A stretch of DNA of 64,000 bases, taken from the NCBI GenBank assembly GCA_045597805.1, contig JAZLKW010000077.1, forward strand, positions 3,792-67,791, given 5' to 3'. Position 1 is the first letter of the stretch. The number at the start of each line of letters is the position of its first letter. This stretch comes from Candidatus Avispirillum sp. Lineage in GTDB: Bacteria; Bacillota; Clostridia; Oscillospirales; CAG-272. Below, one piece after another: positions 1 to 8,557 of the stretch. The position numbers and the translations under genes are program-made. The notes under the pieces were generated by a model. It made no database searches and was not told the origin of the DNA. It saw only the letters and a program-made list of their open reading frames with translations.

Positions 1-10
1 GGGGTTTTAC

Positions 11-228
11 AATGATATCCGTTCCTCCCCAAAGGGTCCCCACAAACGGCTTTGCCGTTTTGAAAAATGGGTCAGAACGGGTGATATACCTTCGGTATGA
101 TATCCACCTTCAGTGGATGATATACGCCTGCGGCGTATGAGGAACGGATATTATCTCATGTTTGCCCGTAGGGCAAATATATCATACGGCGTCAGCAGTA
201 TATCATATCGTGCAAGCGATATATCATT
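11..228 (+). repeat. Dyad-symmetric array of TGATAT(A/C)-type boxes separated by short hairpins (copy 1 of 2)
   Basis: Forward boxes lie at 13-20, 82-90, 98-105 and 117-125. Reverse-complement boxes lie at 178-185, 199-206 and 218-227. Hairpins are at 86-98, 102-118, 122-138, 161-177 and 205-222. The reverse complement aligns by eye with 57616-57796. Confidence 0.8.
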
Positions 229-229
229 C

Positions 230-256
230 AAAAAAAACGCCTTGCGGCGTTTTTTC
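230..256. terminator. Bidirectional rho-independent terminator-like hairpin
   Basis: An A-run, then cgcc-ttgc-ggcg, then a T-run (aaaaaaacgccttgcggcgttttttt). Confidence 0.5.
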
Positions 257-276
257 TTATCCAAACCGCTTCCTTA

Positions 277-305
277 TTTACAAACCACTGCGGCTGCGCT
301 ATAAT
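277..305 (+). promoter_or_regulatory. Sigma-A type promoter upstream of the NERD gene
   Basis: TTTACA (277-282), a 17-nt spacer, then TATAAT (300-305). Confidence 0.5.
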
Positions 306-338
306 CAAATCAGCCTTAGCGCCGGGAAAGGAGCCAAA

Positions 339-1059
339 ATGAAAGAATTACTGGAAATATTCAAGCCGCTGATGATATTCTCAGCCTCTTTAATAGTGCT
401 GGTCATAGTTATCGACTACATCCGCTACAAAACATCATCATATTATAAACTGACACATAACCCTTATATCACTATCTACCTCGACCTTGGAAAAAGAGGT
501 GAATATCTGACTTACAATAAGCTCAGATATCTGGAAAAAAGCGGCTCTAAAATTCTCTTCAACCTGTATCTGAACAAAGAAAACGGAGAAACTACGGAAA
601 CCGACATTCTAATGATCCACAAGAAAGCCGCTTTCGTGATTGAGAGCAAAAATTACAGCGGCTGGATATTCGGCAGTGAAAGCTCGCAGATGTGGACGCA
701 GACTCTGCCGCAGGGCAAAGGCAACGTGTCCAAAAAAGAAAAAATTTTACAATCCCATATGGCAGAACAGAACTCACATAAAATACATATCGGGAAAGCT
801 TCCGGAAAGCCTGCCCGTGTATTCAGTTATAGTCTTCTCCGAACGCTGTGAACTCAAAAAAGTGACAAAAACGTCCGATAATGTTATAGTAGTGAAAAGA
901 GAAAATCTCAGCGAAGAGATAAGCCGCATCCTGAAATCGAAATCTGAATCTCTGACGCAGGAGGAAATTGAGCGCATTTACACTTCCCTTTACCCCATGA
1001 CACAAGTCACGGACGAAGAAAAAAAGAAGCACATTGAAAATATCAAAAACAGGTGGTAA
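339..1059 (+). pseudogene. NERD-domain protein, reading frame broken by a 1-nt indel in an A6GA6 run
   Basis: The N-terminal part (339-~745, frame of ORF 162..851) has an AAAGGAG RBS, a TM helix and the NERD core (ILMIHKKAAFVIESKNYSGWIFG). The C-terminal part continues in the frame of ORF 640..1059 (KFYNPIWQNRTHIKYI...VIVFSERCELKKV). The switch point is ccaaaaaagaaaaaatttt at ~730-748. Confidence 0.75.
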
Positions 1060-1088
1060 GCAGCTCTATGAGCTGCTTACCACGTTTT
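1055..1088 (+). terminator. Rho-independent terminator of the NERD gene
   Basis: A perfect 12-bp stem, ggtaagcagctc-tat-gagctgcttacc, followed by acgtttt. It overlaps the stop codon. Confidence 0.7.
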
Positions 1089-1092
1089 ACGA

Positions 1093-1125
1093 CACAAAAC
1101 CTACCACTTATGCCCTCAAAACCGC
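1093..1125 (+). promoter_or_regulatory. Putative direct-repeat operator (CnCAAAACC x2, 22-bp period) upstream of the LytTR gene promoter
   Basis: CACAAAACC at 1093-1101 and CTCAAAACC at 1115-1123. The second repeat ends ~18 nt before the -35. This spacing is typical of LytTR-family sites. Confidence 0.3.
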
Positions 1126-1142
1126 ATCTTACCTCTTCCCTA

Positions 1143-1171
1143 TTTACAAATAGCCGCAGATAAGCTATAAG
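1143..1171 (+). promoter_or_regulatory. Promoter of the LytTR/membrane-protein pair
   Basis: TTTACA (1143-1148), a 17-nt spacer, then TATAAG (1166-1171). Confidence 0.45.
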
Positions 1172-1199
1172 CGAATCATCAAAGAAAAAGGAGCGTCCC

Positions 1200-1664
1200 A
1201 TGAGCCGGAAAGTGAAAATCGTCGTCGACGAGAATGCCGACGAGGAAATAATCATCCGCTGCAAAAGGCTGACCAACGAAATAATCAGCCTGCAGAAGCT
1301 GGCGGAATCGGGTTTCTCAGCACCTGCGCAAACCCTTACCCTCACCATCGGCGACAGCGAATATTTTGTTCCCGCCGCGGATGTCCTTTTCTTTGAAACG
1401 GTAGACGGCAAAGTATCAGTACATACAAAGGACAGAATGTTCAAAACTCCGCTGAGGCTGTATGAACTGTTGGAAATGCTCCCCGGCAACTTCATGCGGA
1501 TATCAAAATCCTGTGTTATCAACACCCTTGTGGTGTCGGCGCTGAAAAAAAGCCCCGCGGGCATATGTGAAGCGTATTTCACGGGGTGCGAAAAAAAGGT
1601 CTTCGTGTCGCGAATGTACTACAAGCCATTCAGAGAAGCATTATCGGAAAGGTACGGTAAATAG
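1200..1664 (+). CDS. Stand-alone LytTR-family DNA-binding transcriptional regulator (no receiver domain)
   Basis: AAAAAGGAG RBS 7 nt upstream. LytTR signature: FVPAADVLFFETVDGKVSVHTKDRMFKTPLRLYELLEMLPGNFMRISKSCVIN. Confidence 0.85.
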   Translation: MSRKVKIVVDENADEEIIIRCKRLTNEIISLQKLAESGFSAPAQTLTLTIGDSEYFVPAADVLFFETVDGKVSVHTKDRMFKTPLRLYELLEMLPGNFMRISKSCVINTLVVSALKKSPAGICEAYFTGCEKKVFVSRMYYKPFREALSERYGK

Positions 1665-1666
1665 AA

Positions 1667-2335
1667 ATGAAATCAAAAAACAAAGTAATATGGGGAATAA
1701 TCCTGATTCTTGCCGCCGCAGCGCTTATACTGCTCGCCGTGTTCCCGGATTTTTCCTTCGGCAGCATCTCCGTGTGGAAGATAATCATCGGAGTCCTCCT
1801 TATATACTGGATGTTCAGTGAGGTCGTGGACGGCCGCGGAGCGGACAGGCTTGACGCTCTGCTCCCTCTTGCAGTTTTTCTGACTGTGTTCGAATCTAAT
1901 TTCGCCGCTCTCGCCGGGAAAACGGTACTCTACTCCGGATGGAAGCTGATAGTCGCCGCCATTCTCATTTCGATAGGCGTTCACGTCCTCGCCGACGGGC
2001 GCCCTCTGAAAAAAAAGGACGCTCACACCTCAAGGCTGGGCGCCAGCACCGTATATCTGGATGCAACGCAGAAAGAACACAAGGTCAACGCCAAGTTCAG
2101 CGCCACCGAGGTCTTCTTCTCCAACACCGACATGGTGAACGCCGGAGACGAGATCACCCTCACCCTTTCCGGGTATGCATCGGCAATAGAGATACACGTA
2201 CCCGAAAACTGGTGCGTAGAGGCAAAATTCGAATCGGACAAATCCGTCGCCGAGATACGCCCCAATCCCGAGATATGGTCCGGACGTCTGGTCATCACGG
2301 GAAGGATGAAAATGTCCGCCGTCGAAGTTAAATAA
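1667..2335 (+). CDS. Membrane protein with a LiaF/DUF2154-like C-terminal domain; likely partner of the LytTR regulator
   Basis: It starts 2 nt after the LytTR stop. There are 4 predicted N-terminal TM helices and a beta-rich C-terminal domain (ITLTLSGYASAIEIHVPENWCVEAKF). Confidence 0.7.
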   Translation: MKSKNKVIWGIILILAAAALILLAVFPDFSFGSISVWKIIIGVLLIYWMFSEVVDGRGADRLDALLPLAVFLTVFESNFAALAGKTVLYSGWKLIVAAILISIGVHVLADGRPLKKKDAHTSRLGASTVYLDATQKEHKVNAKFSATEVFFSNTDMVNAGDEITLTLSGYASAIEIHVPENWCVEAKFESDKSVAEIRPNPEIWSGRLVITGRMKMSAVEVK

Positions 2336-2405
2336 TTAACATTTTATGCTTGTAATATCCTCCCGCCTGTGGTAAAATGATAAAAATGTTTTTCGAGGAT
2401 ATACG

Positions 2406-3584
2406 ATGAAAAAATCACTGAAACTCATATCCCTCCTGCTGGCCTTTTCCATGATACCCGTGTTCTTCGCTTCCTGCAGAGACCAACGGTACGGCGACTA
2501 CGACAGCACCGGAGAAAAATACGATATTTACCTTCCCGACTACATTAAGGTCTGCAATTACACGGGCATTGAGGTACCGGATATTTCCACTGAGCCCACA
2601 AAGGAGGATGTGGAAAACCGTCTGAAACAGCAGATCACCCTGTATGCGCCCCGTACGGAGGACCCGGACCGCGGCGCCATCGCCGGAGACGTTGTTGATA
2701 TCGTCACCGAATGCAAATTCACCGACACCGGTGAGGTTTACAGTCTGCTCACCTTCAAACGAAGCAGCAACGGCTACGGACGCGCGTTCTGTCTGGGCAC
2801 CAACTATTTCTATACCACCGGCATCGACGACGCGGTGATCGGCATGAGACAGGACGAGGAAAAGACCGTAAAGTTCAACCTGCCGGACCCCTACTACAAG
2901 GACCTGAAGAACTCCGGTCGTGAGGTTGAATTTACAGTTTCCCTGTCGTATATCGACGCTGTCGACTACTCCGTCGCAGAGACCGACCCCAACTCCGTTA
3001 CGGAAAATACCTTTTTCCCTGAAAAATTCGGCTACACCGAGGCGCAATACCGCACCATGCTTGAAAACAAGTGCCGTGAGGAGCTGCAGGAGCTGTGCGC
3101 AGACTACAAGGTCATACTCGCCTGGGACTACATCTGCGACCACTCGAAGTTGAAGAAGATCCCCGAGAAGGAATACGACGAATACTACAATAAAAAGCTT
3201 GACACCGACAGAGCCGCCGCCGCCGATAAGGACCTTCCCCTGGCGGATTACGTGAAGGACGAGTTGGGCTACGAAAGCTCCGAAGAATACTATGCAAACT
3301 TAAAGGACTACGCGGAGAACAAGTGCTTTGAGGAAATGATCCTCTACTACATCATCCGCTGCGAGAAGCTTGAGCTGCCCGATGAATACTACGAGCAGCA
3401 GCTCGCCGAAATGGGCAAGGAATATCAGCTTCAGGACCTTGCTGATATTGAAGACTTCTTCGATTACTACTACGGTATAGATAACGTCCGTGAGACCCTG
3501 CTCTTCCAGTACACTCAGGATTGGATAGCCGGAAAGGCAAAGGTCCGCGAGGACGTACACACCATGTACGGGTTGAGCAAATAA
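2406..3584 (+). CDS. Lipoprotein with a trigger-factor/FKBP-like PPIase domain
   Basis: Lipobox LLAFSMIPVFFASC. FKBP-like segment GDVVDIVTECKFTDTGEV...GIDDAVIGMRQDEEKTVKFNLP and a long helical C-terminal region. Confidence 0.55.
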   Translation: MKKSLKLISLLLAFSMIPVFFASCRDQRYGDYDSTGEKYDIYLPDYIKVCNYTGIEVPDISTEPTKEDVENRLKQQITLYAPRTEDPDRGAIAGDVVDIVTECKFTDTGEVYSLLTFKRSSNGYGRAFCLGTNYFYTTGIDDAVIGMRQDEEKTVKFNLPDPYYKDLKNSGREVEFTVSLSYIDAVDYSVAETDPNSVTENTFFPEKFGYTEAQYRTMLENKCREELQELCADYKVILAWDYICDHSKLKKIPEKEYDEYYNKKLDTDRAAAADKDLPLADYVKDELGYESSEEYYANLKDYAENKCFEEMILYYIIRCEKLELPDEYYEQQLAEMGKEYQLQDLADIEDFFDYYYGIDNVRETLLFQYTQDWIAGKAKVREDVHTMYGLSK

Positions 3585-3597
3585 CAGAATAATTGAA

Positions 3598-3637
3598 ACA
3601 CAAAAGCCTGCTGAAATTGCTCAGCAGGCTTTTGTGT
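3598..3637. terminator. Bidirectional terminator between convergent genes
   Basis: acacaaaagcctgctga-aattgc-tcagcaggcttttgtgt. Confidence 0.8.
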
Positions 3638-3649
3638 TATTGGAAATAC

Positions 3650-5746
3650 TCAGTTCAAGCCGTCCCAACGCTTGTCGAGTCGGAACAGTCTCGAGTACCA
3701 GTCAAGAGGCTTCGTGACCTCGTCGGTCGCCGGGAAAGAAGAATCCGTAACTCCCGTGGCGCCCTCGAAGAAGCTGAAGAAGTAAGTACCCTTGATCGTC
3801 TTGAAGCGATTGTAAAAGGTCTTATAACGTGCCTCGAAGTCCGCACGCTCGCTGTCAGTTCCGTTCGCCCAGCGGCTCTCGTAAGCCGCGGAAAGCACGT
3901 TGAAATATATCTGACAGGAAAGGCGCTCCAGATTTTCGCGCTCCCACTCTCCCGTGACCTCGCTCTCCGCTTTATCGAAAAGCTCACACACTCTGTCGTA
4001 ATTTTCGCAGAGGAAATCGTAGTTGTAGCAGTAGTTCGGAGCGTCGCCCAGACCGCAGAAGCACTCTGCAGCGTCGCCGGCATCCTCCATGAGCCACAGT
4101 ATCTCGTACATCTCATCGCCAGCCTCGCCGTACCAGTCGTTAAGGAAGGTGCGGATACGTGCATCGTACTCCTCCCAGGTTATATCCGGGTTCCAGAGAA
4201 GCTCGGAGAGCATATAGGATTTCAGCGGCTCAAAGCCGAGAGTAGTATCCTCGTTTTCGAAGAATATGCCTTTAATCCCGTGCTCGGCGTAATACTTGGT
4301 ATCCAAGAAAGCTTTTCTGAGGATGGGCATGCTCACCACGCTGTAATAGTAATTCACGGTGTAGTACCATATATGTATGTTATCCGTGATCTTCATCCAG
4401 TCCTCGCGGTACAGGTTGAGGTACGTATTATGTACACCGGCGGAATCGGGGGCACAGGGCTCCTCGACTATGGCGTGATTGTTGCAGGCGTAGTACTCGC
4501 AGAAGCAGATATACATATTGTCCGGTATTTCCTGACCCACCGGAGGCTTTTCCGAGCTCAGATATGAAAGTGACCAGAATTTAAGGTCCGGGTATTCGGG
4601 CAAAAGCTCTGCGGAGAGCTTTCGCACAAATTCCACGAGCGTTGATATACGAGCGCCGTATTTGTCGATGATCTTATTGCAGGCACGGCAGGAGCACCAG
4701 TCGGCGGAGTCATTCTGCGATATAGAGACCATGGGAAGATTATCGGGATCGAAGGTGGCAAGATAAGTTCTCAGGTTCCCTACACACTCGTTCAGGGTGT
4801 CCTTTGAGGAGAAGCAGACCTTGCCGACAGTAACGTCGCCGTCAACGGAATTGGGCATGAGCGCGTAACAGGAATGGTTTCTGTCGGGACCGTAGCAGTA
4901 GCCGTACTGAGGTACGTTCTGCCATCCGTTATTGAGCCAGCGTCCGACAATATGAGATGCCAGCACGGACGTTCTGAATTTACTCGTATAGGCGCCGGGG
5001 TACTTATTCTGTATCTTACTGTATGTGTAAACATCACGGTACATAAAGGGCGTATTGGTTCCCTCCGTGTGGGTATATCCGGCGTCCACGGAGATCTTTC
5101 CCTCGCCGCCCAGCTTCGTTACGCCGTAGGGATAGAATCTGTAATCGAGGAACTCTTCCAGCAACCCGAACGCGCCGTACATAAGTCCTCTGGGAGCGCC
5201 GCCGCGGACCGTGCATTTCCCGTTCTCCACCTCGATGGTGAAGCCGTCCGCACCAAGCGATTCATCATATGAGAGAGCTATCACGTGCCCCGCGTTATTT
5301 TCCGTTACGGGCAGTATCACGCCGCAGGCGTCCTTCACGTAGCTTGTGATGATCTCCGCCGCGTAGCGGTAATTCGCTTCACTCCCCCACTCCGGGAAGG
5401 AATCGGGCAGGAGCACGGAATATTGTGTGATATCGGTACCGCCCAGCTTTATTTCCGTCACGGGATACGGCTCGGCAGATATCTCGTAGCTGCCCAGCAC
5501 CACCATCAGTATGAGAACAGCGTCAGAGGAATTGATCTTCCCGTCTCCGTTAATATCCGCTGCATAGGTCGCGGGAGCCTGCGTATCGTTGCCGAGAATG
5601 CAGTTTCGCATCAGGTTTGAATCTACAGCGTTGAATTTACCGTCGTTGTTAAGATCACCGACAGAGTACGCGGCACAAGGCAGTGCGACAAGTGCTGAAG
5701 AAAGCAGCATACACACGCACAGTAAAACACAGACTATCCGTTTCAT
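3650..5746 (-). CDS. Secreted DUF4838-family protein with an N-terminal type-I dockerin
   Basis: Start moved to MKRIV (GGAGA RBS 7 nt upstream). Signal peptide, then dockerin repeats DLNNDGKFNAVDSNLM and DINGDGKINSSDAVLI. The rest resembles the paralogue at 14778-16541 (CSC..C cluster, WYYTVNYY). Confidence 0.8.
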   Translation of the reverse strand: MKRIVCVLLCVCMLLSSALVALPCAAYSVGDLNNDGKFNAVDSNLMRNCILGNDTQAPATYAADINGDGKINSSDAVLILMVVLGSYEISAEPYPVTEIKLGGTDITQYSVLLPDSFPEWGSEANYRYAAEIITSYVKDACGVILPVTENNAGHVIALSYDESLGADGFTIEVENGKCTVRGGAPRGLMYGAFGLLEEFLDYRFYPYGVTKLGGEGKISVDAGYTHTEGTNTPFMYRDVYTYSKIQNKYPGAYTSKFRTSVLASHIVGRWLNNGWQNVPQYGYCYGPDRNHSCYALMPNSVDGDVTVGKVCFSSKDTLNECVGNLRTYLATFDPDNLPMVSISQNDSADWCSCRACNKIIDKYGARISTLVEFVRKLSAELLPEYPDLKFWSLSYLSSEKPPVGQEIPDNMYICFCEYYACNNHAIVEEPCAPDSAGVHNTYLNLYREDWMKITDNIHIWYYTVNYYYSVVSMPILRKAFLDTKYYAEHGIKGIFFENEDTTLGFEPLKSYMLSELLWNPDITWEEYDARIRTFLNDWYGEAGDEMYEILWLMEDAGDAAECFCGLGDAPNYCYNYDFLCENYDRVCELFDKAESEVTGEWERENLERLSCQIYFNVLSAAYESRWANGTDSERADFEARYKTFYNRFKTIKGTYFFSFFEGATGVTDSSFPATDEVTKPLDWYSRLFRLDKRWDGLN

Positions 5747-6654
5747 TATATTTCTCCACACATTCTGGCTGTCAGGAACTTATAGAATTTCTCCTTATCG
5801 TCCCATGTCAGCGCAGTATTCATCATTTTTCCCCGCTCGGGGTCGATCATGGTTATGGATGCGTCAGTGGAATATATGGGGAGCTCCTGATAATTGAGGT
5901 TATCGTGGGTTATGCAGGCATACACGCCCACCGTGTCGAAAAGGGGCGAAGTGGGGCCGTGATAATCCCAATGCTCCGTTCTGAACCACACATCGTTGCT
6001 GTCCACAACGGATTTTAAGATGGGGTCGCCCTCTGCGCACTTTCTTATCTTCTCGAAATAGGGGGTATCCAGCAAAACGTTGCCGGACACGTCCAGAGGA
6101 ACGAGCTCCACCTCCCAGTCCGTCTGCTCGATACCGCGGCGCCAAGCGTCAAGGTCACAGCGGATGTTCCATTCGCTGGCGAGAGCCGGGTGCCATCCCT
6201 TGCAGAAGCCGTTATATATGTTCCCGCCTATAACCACCAGACGGCTGTTCTTCGTTATCTCAGGGCACTTTTCGTACACGTCCGCAAGATTCTTGAAGCA
6301 GCCTATACAAAGGATGGTGACCTTTTCATCGGAATTCATGACGGTATCAATGATCGCGTCAACGGCGTTGTCGCAGAGGTTGGGATATGAGTTGAGGTCG
6401 TAGTCTCCGACCCACTCAGCTACCGCGTCCTGGCACTGCACGCCGCCGCGTCCGGGAGCGACCTTCACGTCGGTTCTGCCCGCCACGTCCAGCATTTTAG
6501 CCGCCAAAGCTGTCTGGTACGGGATATTATAAGCAGTGGTGGTGACGAGCTTCAAATCAAGCTCCGGGCTTTTCAGTATCATGGCGAGCGCCCAGGAATC
6601 GTCTATGTCGCTGCCGATATCGGTATCGAGGATAAGGGGTAAAGGCTTTTTCAT
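5746..6654 (-). CDS. Inosine/uridine-preferring nucleoside hydrolase family protein
   Basis: N-terminal LILDTDIGSDIDDSWALAM motif. GAAGGAG RBS. The stop overlaps the next start as TAATG. Confidence 0.85.
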   Translation of the reverse strand: MKKPLPLILDTDIGSDIDDSWALAMILKSPELDLKLVTTTAYNIPYQTALAAKMLDVAGRTDVKVAPGRGGVQCQDAVAEWVGDYDLNSYPNLCDNAVDAIIDTVMNSDEKVTILCIGCFKNLADVYEKCPEITKNSRLVVIGGNIYNGFCKGWHPALASEWNIRCDLDAWRRGIEQTDWEVELVPLDVSGNVLLDTPYFEKIRKCAEGDPILKSVVDSNDVWFRTEHWDYHGPTSPLFDTVGVYACITHDNLNYQELPIYSTDASITMIDPERGKMMNTALTWDDKEKFYKFLTARMCGEI

Positions 6655-6666
6655 ATCTGTCTCCTT

Positions 6667-6707
6667 CTAAAAAAGTTCGGGACTGTTGATAAATTGTCAA
6701 CAGTCCC
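6667..6707 (-). terminator. Terminator/attenuator after the solute-binding lipoprotein gene
   Basis: The hairpin gggactgttga...tcaacagtccc is followed on the minus strand by a T-run. Confidence 0.65.
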
Positions 6708-6717
6708 TTCTTTGATC

Positions 6718-8460
6718 TTAATTTTCTATACCCATGTACTCATTGAAATATTCGTTCCACAGGTTTGTGATAGATGAAGACGCAAACCAACCGTTCTCCT
6801 CGGTCTTACCCGTTCTGGAGTCGTTATCGGAAGGAATATATGTAACTTTCTGGTAATACTCGTTGTTCTCGACCTCGTTCTCGAGAGCGGCGATGCTCGA
6901 TTTGAACTCGTCGGATTTCATGTTGCTTATACGGTTCCAGAGCTCCGCGTTGAATTTATCGAAGTTTGCGAGCAGCTCCTTGTTCTCCTCGTTCTGGTAA
7001 TTTATGAAATGACCGGTGATGGGATAGTAGGAGTTGAGGTTCTGGTCCTTAGCGTAATTCCAGGCATCCATGCTCTTTCCGTAGTCGGGATAGGTGATGA
7101 ACTCGTTACCGGTATCGGAGATGTTCATCTTATACTCGTCGGAGAGCTTGACGATGACATCGGAATTCTCCTCGTCATACTTCCAGTGAACGCCCTGTGC
7201 GCCGTACTGGAGTATGGTGCGAAGCTCCGTGTCGGTGTTCAGCATGGTGATGATTTCCATGGAACGGTTGGTGCTCTTGGTGAAGCAGGATACGGCGAAC
7301 ACTGTCTGGAGATAATCGGCACGGGTGCCTTCGGGATGCAGGTAAGTGACGATGTGATAATCATCGGCGTACTTCTGTACCTCTTCCGCCGAGCAGGTCA
7401 CGTAGCCTACGCCGAATTCGGCAGGCTCTGTCGTGGTGACGTAGCCCTGTTCCTTGAAGTATTTATAGAGGTAGAAATTGGACGTATAGTTGTTGTAAGA
7501 GAATATGTTGTTGAATGCGACCTCCTCGATGGGGGTGCTGAAGGTGATACGGGATGCCAGCGCCGAGAAGGTAGCCTGATCCTGACCGGACCAGAATCTG
7601 TAATAGCTGGGCGCATAGTCGCCGTAAATGGGCTGTACGTCCTTATGATATTTCGCGATATCATTGATGAAGTCCTGGCAGTCCGCAAGGCTTGTGAGCT
7701 TATCGGGATTCAGGTACTCCTCCTCCACCAGTCTCTTGTTGACCAGGAAGTAAGTGAAGTTGCCGATGGCGTGGTTATTGGGAACGCCGTAGACGGTACC
7801 GTCATACTGAGCGGCGTTGAAGAAATCCGGATAAATATAGGATTTCAGCACCTTGCAGGAGTTGGTGATGTCCTCGTCCAGAGACTCTATGTAGTAGTTC
7901 TCTGCGTAGTAATCGTACGCTTCCTCACCGTGGATAAGGAAAATGTCCATCTGGTTGCGCTCGATAGGGGTATAACCGTCGGCTCCGCGGACGACAAGGC
8001 TGTAATCACCGTCCATGTTGGGGTTTTCATAAGCGGTGGACTCTGCCACGTAGCTTTCGCCGTTCTTCGCGGCTTCGATCTCTTTCTTTCTCTGTTCGAT
8101 AGCCTTCTGCTCGGCCTCATTGGTACGGGTCTCCAGAAGAACGATACGGTCCTTTATAGTCTGGTCATATTCGTCCTCGGGGATACCGTAAAGCTTTATC
8201 GCGGTATCGAACTCGGTCTGGGTCTTACGGTTTATGGCTTCCTCCACGGCGTACAGAGCCTCCTCGGTGGTACCTTCCTTTACGGGCAGCCACAGGGAAA
8301 GCGTCATACTGGAACGGTCGAGGCTTGAAGCATTACCCGTAGTCTCATCACCGTCGGAAGGGAGAGAGGGTGTGTCGCCGGAAACCGAGCAGCCGGTCAT
8401 CAGAATGGTACCGGCGAGCATGAACACGCAAAGCAGGACAGAAACGATTCTCTTTTTCAT
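6718..8460 (-). CDS. Large extracellular solute-binding lipoprotein (ABC sugar-binding type), with no adjacent permease genes
   Basis: Lipobox LAGTILMTGCS, AGGAGG RBS, and an SBP-like core (DGTVYGVPNNHAIGNFTYFLVNKR). Confidence 0.65.
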   Translation of the reverse strand: MKKRIVSVLLCVFMLAGTILMTGCSVSGDTPSLPSDGDETTGNASSLDRSSMTLSLWLPVKEGTTEEALYAVEEAINRKTQTEFDTAIKLYGIPEDEYDQTIKDRIVLLETRTNEAEQKAIEQRKKEIEAAKNGESYVAESTAYENPNMDGDYSLVVRGADGYTPIERNQMDIFLIHGEEAYDYYAENYYIESLDEDITNSCKVLKSYIYPDFFNAAQYDGTVYGVPNNHAIGNFTYFLVNKRLVEEEYLNPDKLTSLADCQDFINDIAKYHKDVQPIYGDYAPSYYRFWSGQDQATFSALASRITFSTPIEEVAFNNIFSYNNYTSNFYLYKYFKEQGYVTTTEPAEFGVGYVTCSAEEVQKYADDYHIVTYLHPEGTRADYLQTVFAVSCFTKSTNRSMEIITMLNTDTELRTILQYGAQGVHWKYDEENSDVIVKLSDEYKMNISDTGNEFITYPDYGKSMDAWNYAKDQNLNSYYPITGHFINYQNEENKELLANFDKFNAELWNRISNMKSDEFKSSIAALENEVENNEYYQKVTYIPSDNDSRTGKTEENGWFASSSITNLWNEYFNEYMGIEN

Positions 8461-8503
8461 TGGATCCTCCTAAATGTGCGCGAGGGCACAACTACATAGA
8501 TAC

Positions 8504-8532
8504 ATTTTACACTACTGTTTATTATATGTCAA
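8504..8532 (-). promoter_or_regulatory. Promoter for the solute-binding lipoprotein operon
   Basis: On the minus strand: TTGACA (8527-8532), a 17-nt spacer, then TAAAAT (8504-8509). Confidence 0.5.
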
Positions 8533-8557
8533 GGACATTCGACAGTTTTTCGTGCCC

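Noticed and set aside
11-228. A CRISPR-like interpretation of the conserved-box/variable-spacer array.
   Set aside because: The boxes are only ~9-11 nt and the spacers ~10-15 nt and self-complementary. Orientation flips at the centre, and no cas genes or leader are present.
113-304. Small ORFs running through the box/hairpin arrays (113..304 plus strand, 57549..57806 minus strand), with recurring ISY-like peptides.
   Set aside because: The peptide similarity is a by-product of the repeated ATATCAT boxes. There is no RBS, the frames are not conserved between copies, and the ORFs run through terminator hairpins.
7009-8328. Very long antisense ORFs that mirror real genes. Examples are 7009..8328, 15168..16016, 35304..36908, 37365..38615, 38551..39615, 50163..51542 and 61804..63324, the last being almost the full length of the opposite gene.
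   Set aside because: Each lies opposite a gene with clear family motifs. Their translations are low-complexity (rich in V, G, L, D and H) with no recognisable domains, RBS or promoters. Stop-poor antisense frames are expected from the codon bias of these GC-rich-third-position genes.
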